Origin: Candidatus Gottesmanbacteria bacterium
Lineage (GTDB): Bacteria; Patescibacteriota; Microgenomatia; UBA10105; UBA927
DNA length: 64,000 nucleotides
Direction of reading: 5' to 3'
Assembly: GCA_963809665.1 (NCBI GenBank)
Contig: CAWEKC010000001.1
Span: forward strand, 6,852-70,851
In this document: in pieces, positions 32,742 to 43,015 of the stretch
How the letters are laid out: the number at the start of each line of letters is the position of its first letter
How positions within the stretch are numbered: the stretch's first letter is position 1
Position numbers and translations under genes: made by a program
The notes under the pieces: model-generated
Seen by the model: the letters and a program-made list of their open reading frames with translations, nothing else
The model's database searches: none
Told to the model about the DNA's origin: nothing

Positions 32742-34183
32742 TGTGATCGGAAACTACGGACAGTATCAACAATACGTTTTTTTTCAAATATCCAAACGAC
32801 ACCTGCATACAGTATAACACCGGCAGATCCGGCGATAATAAGCCATATGAACGAGTGCGGCACGAACCGGAGAAGCACAAAATACAAGATACCCTGAAGT
32901 ACAGAGGCTAGCAGCGCCCCGTATATGCTTTTCCAGAATGAAAATTGAACTTCGCGTTTTACGAGCCAGACAACAATGATAATCGTCGTGGAAACCGACA
33001 GGAATGCCATCGGCACGCCGTTAAATCCGTAATACTTTATAAAGGTTAGGGTAAGAATCCACGTCAGGACGGTCCACATCACCATTAGTCCCAATGTTAC
33101 TTTAATTTTACCTATGGCATTCAGTGCGTTCGTAAGCGGCGTGGTAAGGCCGGCAAAAACTGAAGAAATCGTCAGAATATAAAATGCCAGTATGGCCGGT
33201 TCCCATTTTGCGTATTTCGGGATAATGCCGATGAGAGGTTGCACAAAAAACAATAACCCTACGGAAATCGGAAATATTGCCGTAGAAAGTCCGAACAACG
33301 TTTTTTCAATTGCTGCCCGCAGATGGTCCTTATGGTCCTGCAGCCGTGAAAACGCAGGGAATGTCACGCGGATGACGGAGTCCATAATTAAACGTAACGG
33401 CACCTCTGCCCATTTTTTTGCCCAACCGATATACCCAATCTGTGCAAACGGGAGTACCTTGCCTAAAAATACAGTCAGCAGGTCATCTTTGAGAAGCGCG
33501 ATGAAAGAATTTAACTGGAACGGAACACCGAACCGCATAAGCCTGCGGGCTACATCCCGTGAAAATTTCAGCTGAATCCGCCATGGTGAAATTATGTACA
33601 TGGCTACGAGCCCTACCACTGCCCGCACGATAACTGCCCAGGTGAAGCTCACGATGCCGTACCCTCGCCACGCTAAAATAACTGCGACTAGATAAAATCC
33701 CAATGTCTCCAGTATCTGAGGAATGACCAGCCTGTTGAAATTGAGTTTGCGCTCCAAAAGGATGGAGGGGATGGTTTTAAGCGATGAGAGGAAAAAAGAG
33801 ATAATAAGCGCCCTCAACAGCCATAATCCGGTGCCGTCCAGCCCGTAAAAGGTACTGATCGTTCGGGAACTGACGAGCGCGATAATAACAACGGAACCGA
33901 CGAGAATTTGCTGGATGGTAAAGGTTGTACTTAAGTCCTCAGGCGTCAGGATTTCTTTTTTCTGGATGAGCGCTGCGGCAAGACCGATATCGGAAAAATA
34001 TCCCAGAAAATTAATAACAGCCGACACCACATAAAATACTCCGAAGATCTGCGGGCTTAAAAATATTGTCAAAAGAAATGTTGCTGCAAACGCGATAACC
34101 TGCAATAAAAACGTTCGTGATGTAAGTGCAACAACACCGGTTAACGATCGCTTTTTCACCAACGCAATATCTATTTCTTCCAT
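32738..34183 (-). CDS. Wzx/WzxC-like oligosaccharide flippase
   Basis: About 480 aa with about 12-14 TM segments. LSPQIFG, SDIGLAAALIQK, LERKLNF and VTFPAFSRLQ motifs. GGAG lies upstream of ATG 34183. Confidence 0.85.
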   Translation of the reverse strand: MEEIDIALVKKRSLTGVVALTSRTFLLQVIAFAATFLLTIFLSPQIFGVFYVVSAVINFLGYFSDIGLAAALIQKKEILTPEDLSTTFTIQQILVGSVVIIALVSSRTISTFYGLDGTGLWLLRALIISFFLSSLKTIPSILLERKLNFNRLVIPQILETLGFYLVAVILAWRGYGIVSFTWAVIVRAVVGLVAMYIISPWRIQLKFSRDVARRLMRFGVPFQLNSFIALLKDDLLTVFLGKVLPFAQIGYIGWAKKWAEVPLRLIMDSVIRVTFPAFSRLQDHKDHLRAAIEKTLFGLSTAIFPISVGLLFFVQPLIGIIPKYAKWEPAILAFYILTISSVFAGLTTPLTNALNAIGKIKVTLGLMVMWTVLTWILTLTFIKYYGFNGVPMAFLSVSTTIIIVVWLVKREVQFSFWKSIYGALLASVLQGILYFVLLRFVPHSFIWLIIAGSAGVILYAGVVWIFEKKRIVDTVRSFRSQ

Positions 34184-34914
34184 AAGCGTCTCCACGGCCG
34201 CGTCTTAAACAGTCTCCATAGCCCGGCAAGATCTCCCTGAGCCGTTTTCATAACACGCACGGTTGACCCTGGATTATCTATCCATGTCACCGGTTCTTCG
34301 TATATCCGGTACCCGATTTTTTCCGCAACTATCAGGAGCTCCGAATCGAAAAACCATGCGTTATCTTCGATGTGCGGAATAACGTCCCGGATAACTCTGC
34401 GCGTGACTGCCTTGAATCCGCACTGTGCGTCGCTGAAGTGAACCCAGAAAAACAGTTTAATGAGAGTTATGTATGTTTTTGACGTTAAGGTCCGCAGCAA
34501 CGTTCTCCCGTACACCCGAGATCCTCTGGCGTTGCGTGTACCAATCGCGATATCATATCCCCTTGTAAGCGCCCGTACGAGCGGCGGGAGGTGTTTTAGG
34601 TCAGTGGACAGATCAACATCCATATATGTTTCAATATCGGCATCATCGGTTGACCAAACCTGCTTAACCGCCCTGCCGCGGCCTTTCTTGGGAAGATGGA
34701 CATAGGAAACCTCGGGAAATTTTTGACTGAGTTGTTTGGCAATGACAAGCGTTTTATCTTTTGAAGCGTTATCAGCAACCGTAATGTGCCATGAGAAATC
34801 GGGTAAGTGATTCCGCAGGTAATCACGAAGCGTCCCGACGCTTGCAGCAAGCTCTTTTTCCTCGTTGTATACCGGAATAACGATATTAACTGACGGTTTT
34901 TTCGCGTTTATCAT
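34171..34914 (-). CDS. GT2, polyprenol/dolichol-phosphate glucose synthase-like
   Basis: IPVYNEE, KGRGRAV, MDVDLS, DAQCGFKA and WFFDSELL motifs. Confidence 0.82.
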   Translation of the reverse strand: MINAKKPSVNIVIPVYNEEKELAASVGTLRDYLRNHLPDFSWHITVADNASKDKTLVIAKQLSQKFPEVSYVHLPKKGRGRAVKQVWSTDDADIETYMDVDLSTDLKHLPPLVRALTRGYDIAIGTRNARGSRVYGRTLLRTLTSKTYITLIKLFFWVHFSDAQCGFKAVTRRVIRDVIPHIEDNAWFFDSELLIVAEKIGYRIYEEPVTWIDNPGSTVRVMKTAQGDLAGLWRLFKTRPWRRLWKK

Positions 34915-36550
34915 ATAAGTAAAAACATATTCCCAGCGAAAGGAGGCTTATGATATTCCCAATCCGGCGTACGGGTGTATCCCGGAATTGCATCTGCACC
35001 ACACTGCCATTCGATGGTATGGGAATAACCGGCAAACCATTTTGAATCATTGGTTTTGTATCCGTAACATTAACAATATAATTCCACCCCGGAAAATACG
35101 CCGTGTTTATCCGAACAGCCGTCGGTTCTTTTGCCTCGAATGCAAACTTGTCATATACATCCGTCAGCTGCTGGATTTCCACAGTGTACAGGTCCGATTT
35201 CGGTATTGTATCACGCGCGATATCCTGCGGGTTTTTTGGTCTGGGTACTGCCGGTGGTAAATATTCATCGGATATTTTGGACACCCGAAAACTGATATCC
35301 TCTTTAGTCTCAAAATCGCTTGCCGCCCGGCTGTACGTATATTGAGGGATAAACCGTTTTGTTTCAACGAACAACGTAGCGGAAACCAGAAGTATTACTA
35401 TGCCCCACCGTACCATGGCCGGCCGGAAGAGATATGCGGCCTGACTGATAACGAGTGAGATCCCGAATATGGCAAACGCCAGAAACCGCCATGGATATTG
35501 AACAAAGGCAAAAAACGGAAGAATGTTCCAGATAGGTTCGGAAATATTCAGCATAAATAATACCGAGATTCCAAAAACCGCCATGCCTGTTGCGACGAGT
35601 ATTTTTGACTTTTTACCGCGCAACAACCCAGGCAATATACTTACTACCACTCCAAGTGCGACAAGAAGATGCTCTTTGCCCACTTTAAATGACAGGCCGT
35701 CCAGACACCCTTTTGCAGATCCGCCGAAACCCCATGGCGAATTCCATAACTGTGAAAGACACACAAAATGATCGCGGAAATTCGATCCGCTGTTGATTTG
35801 TCCCGCTACATTGGTATATCCCATTTCCCATAAAGCGGGAAGCCAGAAAAATGCTGCGAGCCCCAGACCCAAAAGTACGATAATCCAGATATTTTTCAGC
35901 TGTCTTTTATCAATAAATTTTTTTAGATATCCTGCGCTCAAAACTACGGCAGCCAGACCAACAAAAAACATTCCCACATAGCCCAAAATTGTATGGGATA
36001 CGATAAGTCCCGCAGTACCGGCCGCCGCTAAAAGTATTCCACCGGTTACAGATTTGCGTGTACAAATCCGCCAAAAACCCCAGAGGATAAGCGGCAAAAA
36101 AATAAGCGCATAATATTCCCCGACAGCACCCCGGACGTACGCCTGTACGGCATGGTACGGAGCAAACATATAAAATACAGCGCCCAAGACCCCTGCAGAG
36201 ACCCCCGAAATTTCAGCAAGGGCCGCATACATGACTATTCCCGACAGAACCAGCCCGGCCCCCATCATAATTTTGGTAGCAGTAAGACCGGTCAGTCCCA
36301 ATGCATACAAAGCGCCGCCCACGTAGTACGGCAGCGGTCCGTAGAAATTAAAAATGGGATACCCGTATCCGTACCCGAGATCCGAAACCCAGCGGACCGG
36401 AAATTGCCCTTCGCGGAGTGCCCTTCCCATCTCTACAACCCGGGCAACCTGTGTATCATCGTGCATGGGAAAATATCCGGAAGACAACAGTGACCGTATC
36501 ATTAAAAACGAGCACGCAAGAACGATAATTAACCCGGCTATTTTTTTCAT
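34886..36550 (-). CDS. PTPS-related-domain (GT-C-like) membrane protein
   Basis: MHDDTQVAR, PVRWVSDLGYGYGYPIFNFYGPLPY, YVRGAVGE, QYPWRF and YFPGW motifs. Start reassigned to MKKIAG. Confidence 0.82.
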   Translation of the reverse strand: MKKIAGLIIVLACSFLMIRSLLSSGYFPMHDDTQVARVVEMGRALREGQFPVRWVSDLGYGYGYPIFNFYGPLPYYVGGALYALGLTGLTATKIMMGAGLVLSGIVMYAALAEISGVSAGVLGAVFYMFAPYHAVQAYVRGAVGEYYALIFLPLILWGFWRICTRKSVTGGILLAAAGTAGLIVSHTILGYVGMFFVGLAAVVLSAGYLKKFIDKRQLKNIWIIVLLGLGLAAFFWLPALWEMGYTNVAGQINSGSNFRDHFVCLSQLWNSPWGFGGSAKGCLDGLSFKVGKEHLLVALGVVVSILPGLLRGKKSKILVATGMAVFGISVLFMLNISEPIWNILPFFAFVQYPWRFLAFAIFGISLVISQAAYLFRPAMVRWGIVILLVSATLFVETKRFIPQYTYSRAASDFETKEDISFRVSKISDEYLPPAVPRPKNPQDIARDTIPKSDLYTVEIQQLTDVYDKFAFEAKEPTAVRINTAYFPGWNYIVNVTDTKPMIQNGLPVIPIPSNGSVVQMQFRDTPVRRIGNIISLLSLGICFYLYDKREKTVS

Positions 36551-38073
36551 TTTTTCCGCTTTCTTACGAGCACGGTTATACAATACCAAATCAGGAATCC
36601 TAATGAAATATTGTCAGCTAAAAATCTTGATATGGTCTCCCTGAATCCGGCAACCATACGATGTGTCCCCTGCGGGACGGCAACCCGCATGAGCCCCTGC
36701 GGGTTCTTATAATCAATACGGACGGGAGCATCATCGATGGAGACCCCCCACCCGGGATAATACTCCGTATTTATTTGTACAATACTGTCCTCGTTGGCAA
36801 TTACGGTAACGTCAAAGGACTGTGTAGATATTTTTTTCACATCAAACGTGCCGGCGCCTTTATAAAAAATAAGCTTCTGGTACGCGCGTTGGGTAGGTGG
36901 TTGACTGACCCATCGCGGCATATATTCATTCTGTACCGTCGTGGTCGCCTCGTTTGTCGAGTAATACCCATCGGGTAAATCGGTGTACTGTATTTTTTGT
37001 AGGGCCACAAGGGATGACCATACCCCGAATGCAATAAAGAGAACCATCAACGGCACCCGTAAAAATGTCCGCAGAGAGTTCAATACGTACCCCACCAACC
37101 AGCATTCTATGAGTATTGTTACTGATAACAATCTGTATGGGAATTGGATAATATGTGCCAGGAGATCCCACCGCCACAGAAAAGCGCTGAACGGCAAAAC
37201 CATGAACAACGTAAAAATAAAAGAAAGTATAAAGAATGTCTTTTCCTTCAGCGATTTCCGGATAAATACCGCAATGCATGCAGCAGCTATCCCGGAAAAT
37301 CCTAACAACGTCACGTTCGCAGCGGTAATAAAATATGCGGCGGGATTTGCAACGTTAACCGCATCAAACACCACGTATTTACGTTCATAGAGAGCCGGAA
37401 ACCAAAAAAACATCGCCATCCCTACCCCGAGGAAAACCATGAGCCAATTATCGCGCCACCGGCCGATTGCGGTAATATACAGGATGTAAAATCCCAAAAA
37501 AAGAACGGCGAGCGAATTATGACTCACGATGAGAAGTGACACAGCAAGTGCCAGCAGCCAGGATTTTTTCGCGGCAATCGAGTACAAACCCATCGCCGCC
37601 CACGCCAGTGCCAGGATTTCTCCGACCGATCCGCGGGTATACAGATCAAACAATACATACGGAGCCGTAACAAAACAGATTGCGCCTACCGCACTTTCCA
37701 CAGAACGGAAATATTGTTTCAGCCACATGAACGTAAAATACGAACCGATAAGCACTGACAGCCCGAAAATAATCTTGACGGACGTAATGAATGAGAATCC
37801 GATAACATGAATGAGTGAACCGATATACAAAAAGCCCGGGTAAAGGAAATTCGCAACCGGATAGCCGTAACTGTAATTTAATCTCCCAAGGAAACGCACG
37901 GGGAATTGACCTTCACGGAAACTTTGGAAAAAAGCACTCAACCGGATAATCATCCAACCGCCGTCATCGGAGACGAAAAAACCACGGTGAAAAAGTCCGG
38001 ATAGAACAAAAAGGGCAAAACCGAACACGGTAAGCAGGGATAGGGCAAGAATGATCAACTGATGCCTTTTCAT
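36547..38073 (-). CDS. PTPS-related-domain (GT-C-like) membrane protein
   Basis: SDDGGWM, YSYGYPVANFLYP, YTRGSVGE, QFPYR and YYPGW motifs. Confidence 0.82.
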   Translation of the reverse strand: MKRHQLIILALSLLTVFGFALFVLSGLFHRGFFVSDDGGWMIIRLSAFFQSFREGQFPVRFLGRLNYSYGYPVANFLYPGFLYIGSLIHVIGFSFITSVKIIFGLSVLIGSYFTFMWLKQYFRSVESAVGAICFVTAPYVLFDLYTRGSVGEILALAWAAMGLYSIAAKKSWLLALAVSLLIVSHNSLAVLFLGFYILYITAIGRWRDNWLMVFLGVGMAMFFWFPALYERKYVVFDAVNVANPAAYFITAANVTLLGFSGIAAACIAVFIRKSLKEKTFFILSFIFTLFMVLPFSAFLWRWDLLAHIIQFPYRLLSVTILIECWLVGYVLNSLRTFLRVPLMVLFIAFGVWSSLVALQKIQYTDLPDGYYSTNEATTTVQNEYMPRWVSQPPTQRAYQKLIFYKGAGTFDVKKISTQSFDVTVIANEDSIVQINTEYYPGWGVSIDDAPVRIDYKNPQGLMRVAVPQGTHRMVAGFRETISRFLADNISLGFLIWYCITVLVRKRKK

Positions 38074-39581
38074 ACTCCATGTACCGGAGAAAGTACCTCA
38101 TACAACCGCAGAAACTTCACGGTATTCTGCCCCTTTTGATACTGTGCAATAAGCGTCATAGGCCACGGCGGAACATTTTGTTTCTCGTTGAAAACCATAA
38201 ACGTCGGGGTTACTTTTGCCTGATCTATCATCTCCTGCGGTATATCGCTCGGTATCGGGTATATTCCTTTAATAGTAATATTCGGGTTATCCACAAGATA
38301 CAACTCTAAGGCATACGGCAGGAGACCAAACGTGCCGTCGGTATAGACCGTTATTTTTCCTTTCAAGGACTGATCTAATAAAAATGCATTCACCTGACTG
38401 ATGCCCCAGCCCGCCGGCCAATCATTGATATATTGTCCGGCGTCTGCATCCGGGATCGGAGCATACACCGGATTGGTAATAATATAATAATCCGCATAGA
38501 AGCTTCCGAAGAAAAGTATAACAACAAACACCCATCGCCACACAGAACCTTTAAAATGATCCCAGATCCATGCGACTGCCACGGCAGAGAGAATCATGAG
38601 CGGAAGAATCATAAATAAGATAAACCGCGGATACAGTACTTTTCCATCCAGGGCGAGAGCAAAAAACGGAGCGAACCACCAGCCCAAAAGCAGTAATTTT
38701 TCTCTGGGAAATTTCCATAATGAAAATCCGGCAAACATAGCACTGAAAAATATAGGCCAGGTTAAATAATTGATAGCCCAGTCAAAAAGGCCATGAATAT
38801 TCCCTATAAGGAAATTGAACGGGTGGGTAAGCCATTCTCCGAGCGGGTATACAAACAATGCGTTTTTTTGTTCTATCATGCCGAAAAGCGGAGAGAGCCG
38901 CAGTACGCTATACAGGAGTTGTGATATTGCCGCGGCCAGACACACATATACGATCCAAAGCATCACCCGTTTTACCCGTCCTGTATGCCGCCAGTCGAAC
39001 AAAAGAAGTGTGCCCGGCAGCATGTACAAACTTAAGAATCCTGACGTCTTATTGAGCATTCCCATGCCCAGTGTTAATCCGAGAAGTAATGCTACATCCA
39101 GCCGCAGACGGCGTACAAGAAGAATCGCTAAGTAGAGGTTCCAGATGGAAAATGCCGCAACCCACGAGTCATAGAGTGCCATGCGGTCATAGAAGAGACC
39201 AAACGGAATAATAATATACAGAAAACTTGCAATGAAGCTTATTTTTTTACTTTTGAATAACTCCTGTGCGGTAAACCATATCCCGATTGTCGTGAAGATT
39301 CCGGCTATGACGGACACTAAGCGCCCGGCTAACAAGGGGTCACGGATAAACCGGAGGAACACCATCATTATCCAGGTAAATAGCGGCTGTTTTCCGTCTA
39401 CCAGTGAGATAAACCGCCAGTTTGCGTCACGGCTTCCTATCTGAGACCAACGGATATAAATAGCCTCATCCGTAAATATCGGTAGCTTCGTGAGGTTTGT
39501 GAGCCTGGTAATAAGATAAAGCGCCGCCAGACCGGCGATGAGAAGTAGAAGACGAACCCGCCAGCGCCTGAATATAGCCAT
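38070..39581 (-). CDS. ArnT/PMT_2-like GT-C glycosyltransferase
   Basis: LPIFTDEAIYIRWSQ, DGKQPL, YDRMAL and LYPRF motifs. ATG at 39581 is preceded by TATAAT plus 6 nt. Confidence 0.8.
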   Translation of the reverse strand: MAIFRRWRVRLLLLIAGLAALYLITRLTNLTKLPIFTDEAIYIRWSQIGSRDANWRFISLVDGKQPLFTWIMMVFLRFIRDPLLAGRLVSVIAGIFTTIGIWFTAQELFKSKKISFIASFLYIIIPFGLFYDRMALYDSWVAAFSIWNLYLAILLVRRLRLDVALLLGLTLGMGMLNKTSGFLSLYMLPGTLLLFDWRHTGRVKRVMLWIVYVCLAAAISQLLYSVLRLSPLFGMIEQKNALFVYPLGEWLTHPFNFLIGNIHGLFDWAINYLTWPIFFSAMFAGFSLWKFPREKLLLLGWWFAPFFALALDGKVLYPRFILFMILPLMILSAVAVAWIWDHFKGSVWRWVFVVILFFGSFYADYYIITNPVYAPIPDADAGQYINDWPAGWGISQVNAFLLDQSLKGKITVYTDGTFGLLPYALELYLVDNPNITIKGIYPIPSDIPQEMIDQAKVTPTFMVFNEKQNVPPWPMTLIAQYQKGQNTVKFLRLYEVLSPVHGV

Positions 39582-39588
39582 ATTCAAA

Positions 39589-40725
39589 TTATACCTGAGG
39601 CCGCTTTGATGGGCAAATGAGGTTTCGGACGCCTATCCAGACAAGAGAAAGAAGAATAGGTATGATTACGAACCAGAATTTCAGGATTTGCACCGGGGGA
39701 TCGTAGTTACCGGTGTATAAAAACGGTGCGTAGGTGAGAAGAAAACCCAGAGAGGCGCCTGTACCAACGATTGTAAGCCACTTCGTACGGGGAAGAAGCG
39801 CATACCACGGGATGAACCAGATGAGGTACCACGGGAGTATTTCACGTCTGGTAATAATAATAAAACCGGCAAACCCGATTGCCGTTGCCACAATCGACCA
39901 TTTCCGCTGCCAGCCTATTAAAAAGAGCGGTATGAGACTTATAGTCATTATCTTCGTCGCCGCTGAGCATGATAGAAGCACAAATGATGCAAGCCGCTTT
40001 TTGTGCAGATATACATAAAACGACGTTACTGCAAATGCCATCATGATCACGTCATAGTGGCCGCTCACAAGCGTTTCAAAAATGACTAAAGGATTCAGCG
40101 CAAACACGGCAGTTCCGTACAGTGCATGATCGGGTTCGAGATCGGAAAGTATTTTCCAGATAAACCATGCGGTTACCAGATACCCTGCAGCCATAAGTGC
40201 TTTAAAACTCCATAAAATTCCCAGAAAATAACCAAAACCAAGTAGGTATGCCGGCAGAGACAGTGTTATCCAGAACGGCATAAACGTGCTGGGTATATGC
40301 GTCCAGTGCATAAATGAAAGCCACGGTTCAACACCGCTGAATTGAAGAGGAATAACCATATACGGAATTTTGTGATATACGAGAACCGTTTTTGCATCGA
40401 ACATATAATTAAATATGTCATAGGAAAACGCGGGGTAAGAAAATATTAAAATGATTGTCACGACCAGAATGATTCTTCTTAAAACCTGAAACGTCAGCTT
40501 TGTATTTAGCGCCCAAATATAAAGAATAAAAAAAGCCGCGACTAATCCCACAAACATACCTGTCGCCACGGGCCGCTGGAAATACCCGATATATTGGAAA
40601 CTTTTTTCAATCGTTTGATAGATGCTCAGTCTTGACAGTGTGAGTGAAAGATCTACCTGTGTGTAGGAAAATAAGAAAAGTGCAATCGCCGCAAGTACAT
40701 ATCCGATAGATAATTTTTTAGCCAT
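39589..40725 (-). CDS. MptA/MptB-like polyprenol-phosphate-sugar-dependent GT-C glycosyltransferase
   Basis: SYDIFNY, ALNPLVIFETLVSGHYD and LPWY motifs, about 10 TM segments. Confidence 0.7.
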   Translation of the reverse strand: MAKKLSIGYVLAAIALFLFSYTQVDLSLTLSRLSIYQTIEKSFQYIGYFQRPVATGMFVGLVAAFFILYIWALNTKLTFQVLRRIILVVTIILIFSYPAFSYDIFNYMFDAKTVLVYHKIPYMVIPLQFSGVEPWLSFMHWTHIPSTFMPFWITLSLPAYLLGFGYFLGILWSFKALMAAGYLVTAWFIWKILSDLEPDHALYGTAVFALNPLVIFETLVSGHYDVIMMAFAVTSFYVYLHKKRLASFVLLSCSAATKIMTISLIPLFLIGWQRKWSIVATAIGFAGFIIITRREILPWYLIWFIPWYALLPRTKWLTIVGTGASLGFLLTYAPFLYTGNYDPPVQILKFWFVIIPILLSLVWIGVRNLICPSKRPQV

Positions 40726-41470
40726 ATAATCCCTGCCATGCGTTTATCCGGATTTTAAGAATATCCATAAGCCCCTGTACGGAATCAATAACGGGATTCA
40801 CGCGGCGGGTCTCGACATAATGCCATTCCACCGGCACTTCTTTTATCTTATACCCGAGCTTTCTGGCCAAAAACAAAACCTCAATATCAAATCCCGCCGT
40901 CACCATGGATCCGCTCACCGTATGCCGTGATCCATACAATTTAAGACGCTGAAAAATATCATGGGCTACAGACGAACGGAACGCCTTAAAACCGCACTGC
41001 GTATCCACGATACCGTGAAGTCCCAAAATGCTGCCCCGCAGCACCATAAATCCCCGTGCCATAATCCGCCGTGTAAGCGGGGCGCCCTGTCTACGGCCGC
41101 TGCGCGACCCGATCACCACATCATACCCTTTCTCAAACCACGGAAGGATATTTTTTATCTCAGTAATCGGAGTAGCCTGATCAAGATCGGTAAACAATAC
41201 GATCGCACCCCGGCTCCCGAGCATGCCGGTAATGACCGTGGATGCTTTTCCCTGATGCGGATTGTGTATGACGGAAAACCCCGGGTTCGCTTTTACAAAG
41301 GCATCCAGTAACACGCCGGTCCCGTCAGTCGAACCGTCATCCACAATAATTGCTTCCCATGTATACGTCGCCCGCTCCAGGAATCGCGATACTTTATCAA
41401 GAGCCCCCAAGCGGATATTGGTTTCTTCATTATACGCAGGAATGATCACGGATAAATCAACTTTATTCAT
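40718..41470 (-). CDS. GT2, polyprenol/dolichol-phosphate glucose synthase (Alg5)-like
   Basis: IPAYNEE, DDGSTD, FTDLDQAT, DTQCGFKAF, FDIEVL and EVPVEW motifs. Confidence 0.85.
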   Translation of the reverse strand: MNKVDLSVIIPAYNEETNIRLGALDKVSRFLERATYTWEAIIVDDGSTDGTGVLLDAFVKANPGFSVIHNPHQGKASTVITGMLGSRGAIVLFTDLDQATPITEIKNILPWFEKGYDVVIGSRSGRRQGAPLTRRIMARGFMVLRGSILGLHGIVDTQCGFKAFRSSVAHDIFQRLKLYGSRHTVSGSMVTAGFDIEVLFLARKLGYKIKEVPVEWHYVETRRVNPVIDSVQGLMDILKIRINAWQGLYG

Positions 41471-41472
41471 TG

Positions 41473-43008
41473 TTACACACCGGTATAATGGACCAGCTTA
41501 AATATTTTAACAAACGGTACGTCCCATTCTCCGACAATCTCTGCTCTGCCAAACCCTGCTATTTCCCATAGAGGATGCCCGAGCGGCTTGCAGTCGGATA
41601 ATTCGCAAATGACAATGAGCTGATCCGTCACCGTGGTTCGTTTGGGATCCACCTGATCATTCTCTATCGTAACCGGGGCGCGGTGCGCAATCTCAAAAAA
41701 ATACCGGTAGGTGTGGTCGGAATTTGATCCGGTGATAAGGGCGAAATTAAATGGTTTACCGCCGGTATGCGCCAGCGCCGTCTGGGCAATCAGTCTCGAC
41801 TGAGCCAACTGATTATTCGGGGGATATAAAAACGGCCTGCCCTGCCAGTTAAAAAACATGAGCCATCCAAAAAAAATAAGCGCAGGTATCTTGCCGTACT
41901 TTGTCTTCCATACTGCATAGACGACAAGACCGATAAGCAGGAACGGCAGCGTAAACAGTATGCCGAAATAGTAATCATAAATTGCTTTTTGATAAAAACC
42001 AAACAGAAGGACGACTGTAGAAAACCAGATAAGCAATAATTGAGCACCGTGGTATAGCCGGGCTTTATTCGGTATCCGGTAGATTAACAGTACGATAAGA
42101 AATACATAGCTGATAAATATCGTTGTCCGCGTACCGATAAACCATGCTGTGAGCGACCAGGGCGGTAAAGATTTCCACAATGCACCGTCCGGAAGACGGT
42201 ATAAAAGTCGTCCGAATAACCGGAACACTACATCGTCAATCGTGGTAAAGAATCCCGGTGCGAAACCCGTATCATTACCGGAGGTGACAAACCGGATGAC
42301 GGATTGGGTGTTGGGGAACCCGTGACGCACCTCGAATGCCAAAAACGGCGAATATCCAATGAGAAAACCGACAACAACCCACAGTACGCTTTTGAGAAAC
42401 GGAACTGTTTTCGCGCTCACAATCAACCAGATACCCGTCACGGCAAAAAGAAAAATAAAAAGATAGTGTAGCTGCAATCCGATCCCCAGAACCACGCCTG
42501 CCCAAACAAGCATCGAGGTCCGTTTCTTTTCAACGGCGAGCCATAGTAAATGTATAAGTAGCAGTGAGAAAAACGGCACCAGATTCGGATTCCATGACGA
42601 ACGGGAATACGCGATGACGAGCGGCGAAAGCGCATACAGGCTAGCCGCAATAAGTCCTGCCGTCGGGCTGATGAATTCTTTCCCGACTTTAAACACAAGA
42701 TACACGGTTGCGATTCCGAAAAGAGCCACCATAATAGCCGGACCGACGGGATTGAGATTCCATGCCCACAAAAACGGAAGCATAAAATAATAATAAATGG
42801 GACCCAGGAAAAACCCCCCGACAGAGGCTGTGGGCCCTAGGAGCGTGAATTTATGGTTCACGATCATGTGCATGACGACGAGAACATCACGCCCTTCATC
42901 GCCCAAAAATGTCATATAACCGGAAATCTTAAACAACCGGAGGTACGCGGCGAAACCAAGAATGATAATGAGTGGGATAATAAACCAATTTTTTTTCAAG
43001 AAATTCAT
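41473..43008 (-). CDS. ArnT/PMT_2-like GT-C glycosyltransferase
   Basis: FLGDEGRD, FFLGPIYYY, SRSSWNPN and GLQLH motifs. Confidence 0.8.
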   Translation of the reverse strand: MNFLKKNWFIIPLIIILGFAAYLRLFKISGYMTFLGDEGRDVLVVMHMIVNHKFTLLGPTASVGGFFLGPIYYYFMLPFLWAWNLNPVGPAIMVALFGIATVYLVFKVGKEFISPTAGLIAASLYALSPLVIAYSRSSWNPNLVPFFSLLLIHLLWLAVEKKRTSMLVWAGVVLGIGLQLHYLFIFLFAVTGIWLIVSAKTVPFLKSVLWVVVGFLIGYSPFLAFEVRHGFPNTQSVIRFVTSGNDTGFAPGFFTTIDDVVFRLFGRLLYRLPDGALWKSLPPWSLTAWFIGTRTTIFISYVFLIVLLIYRIPNKARLYHGAQLLLIWFSTVVLLFGFYQKAIYDYYFGILFTLPFLLIGLVVYAVWKTKYGKIPALIFFGWLMFFNWQGRPFLYPPNNQLAQSRLIAQTALAHTGGKPFNFALITGSNSDHTYRYFFEIAHRAPVTIENDQVDPKRTTVTDQLIVICELSDCKPLGHPLWEIAGFGRAEIVGEWDVPFVKIFKLVHYTGV

Positions 43009-43015
43009 TTTATTT

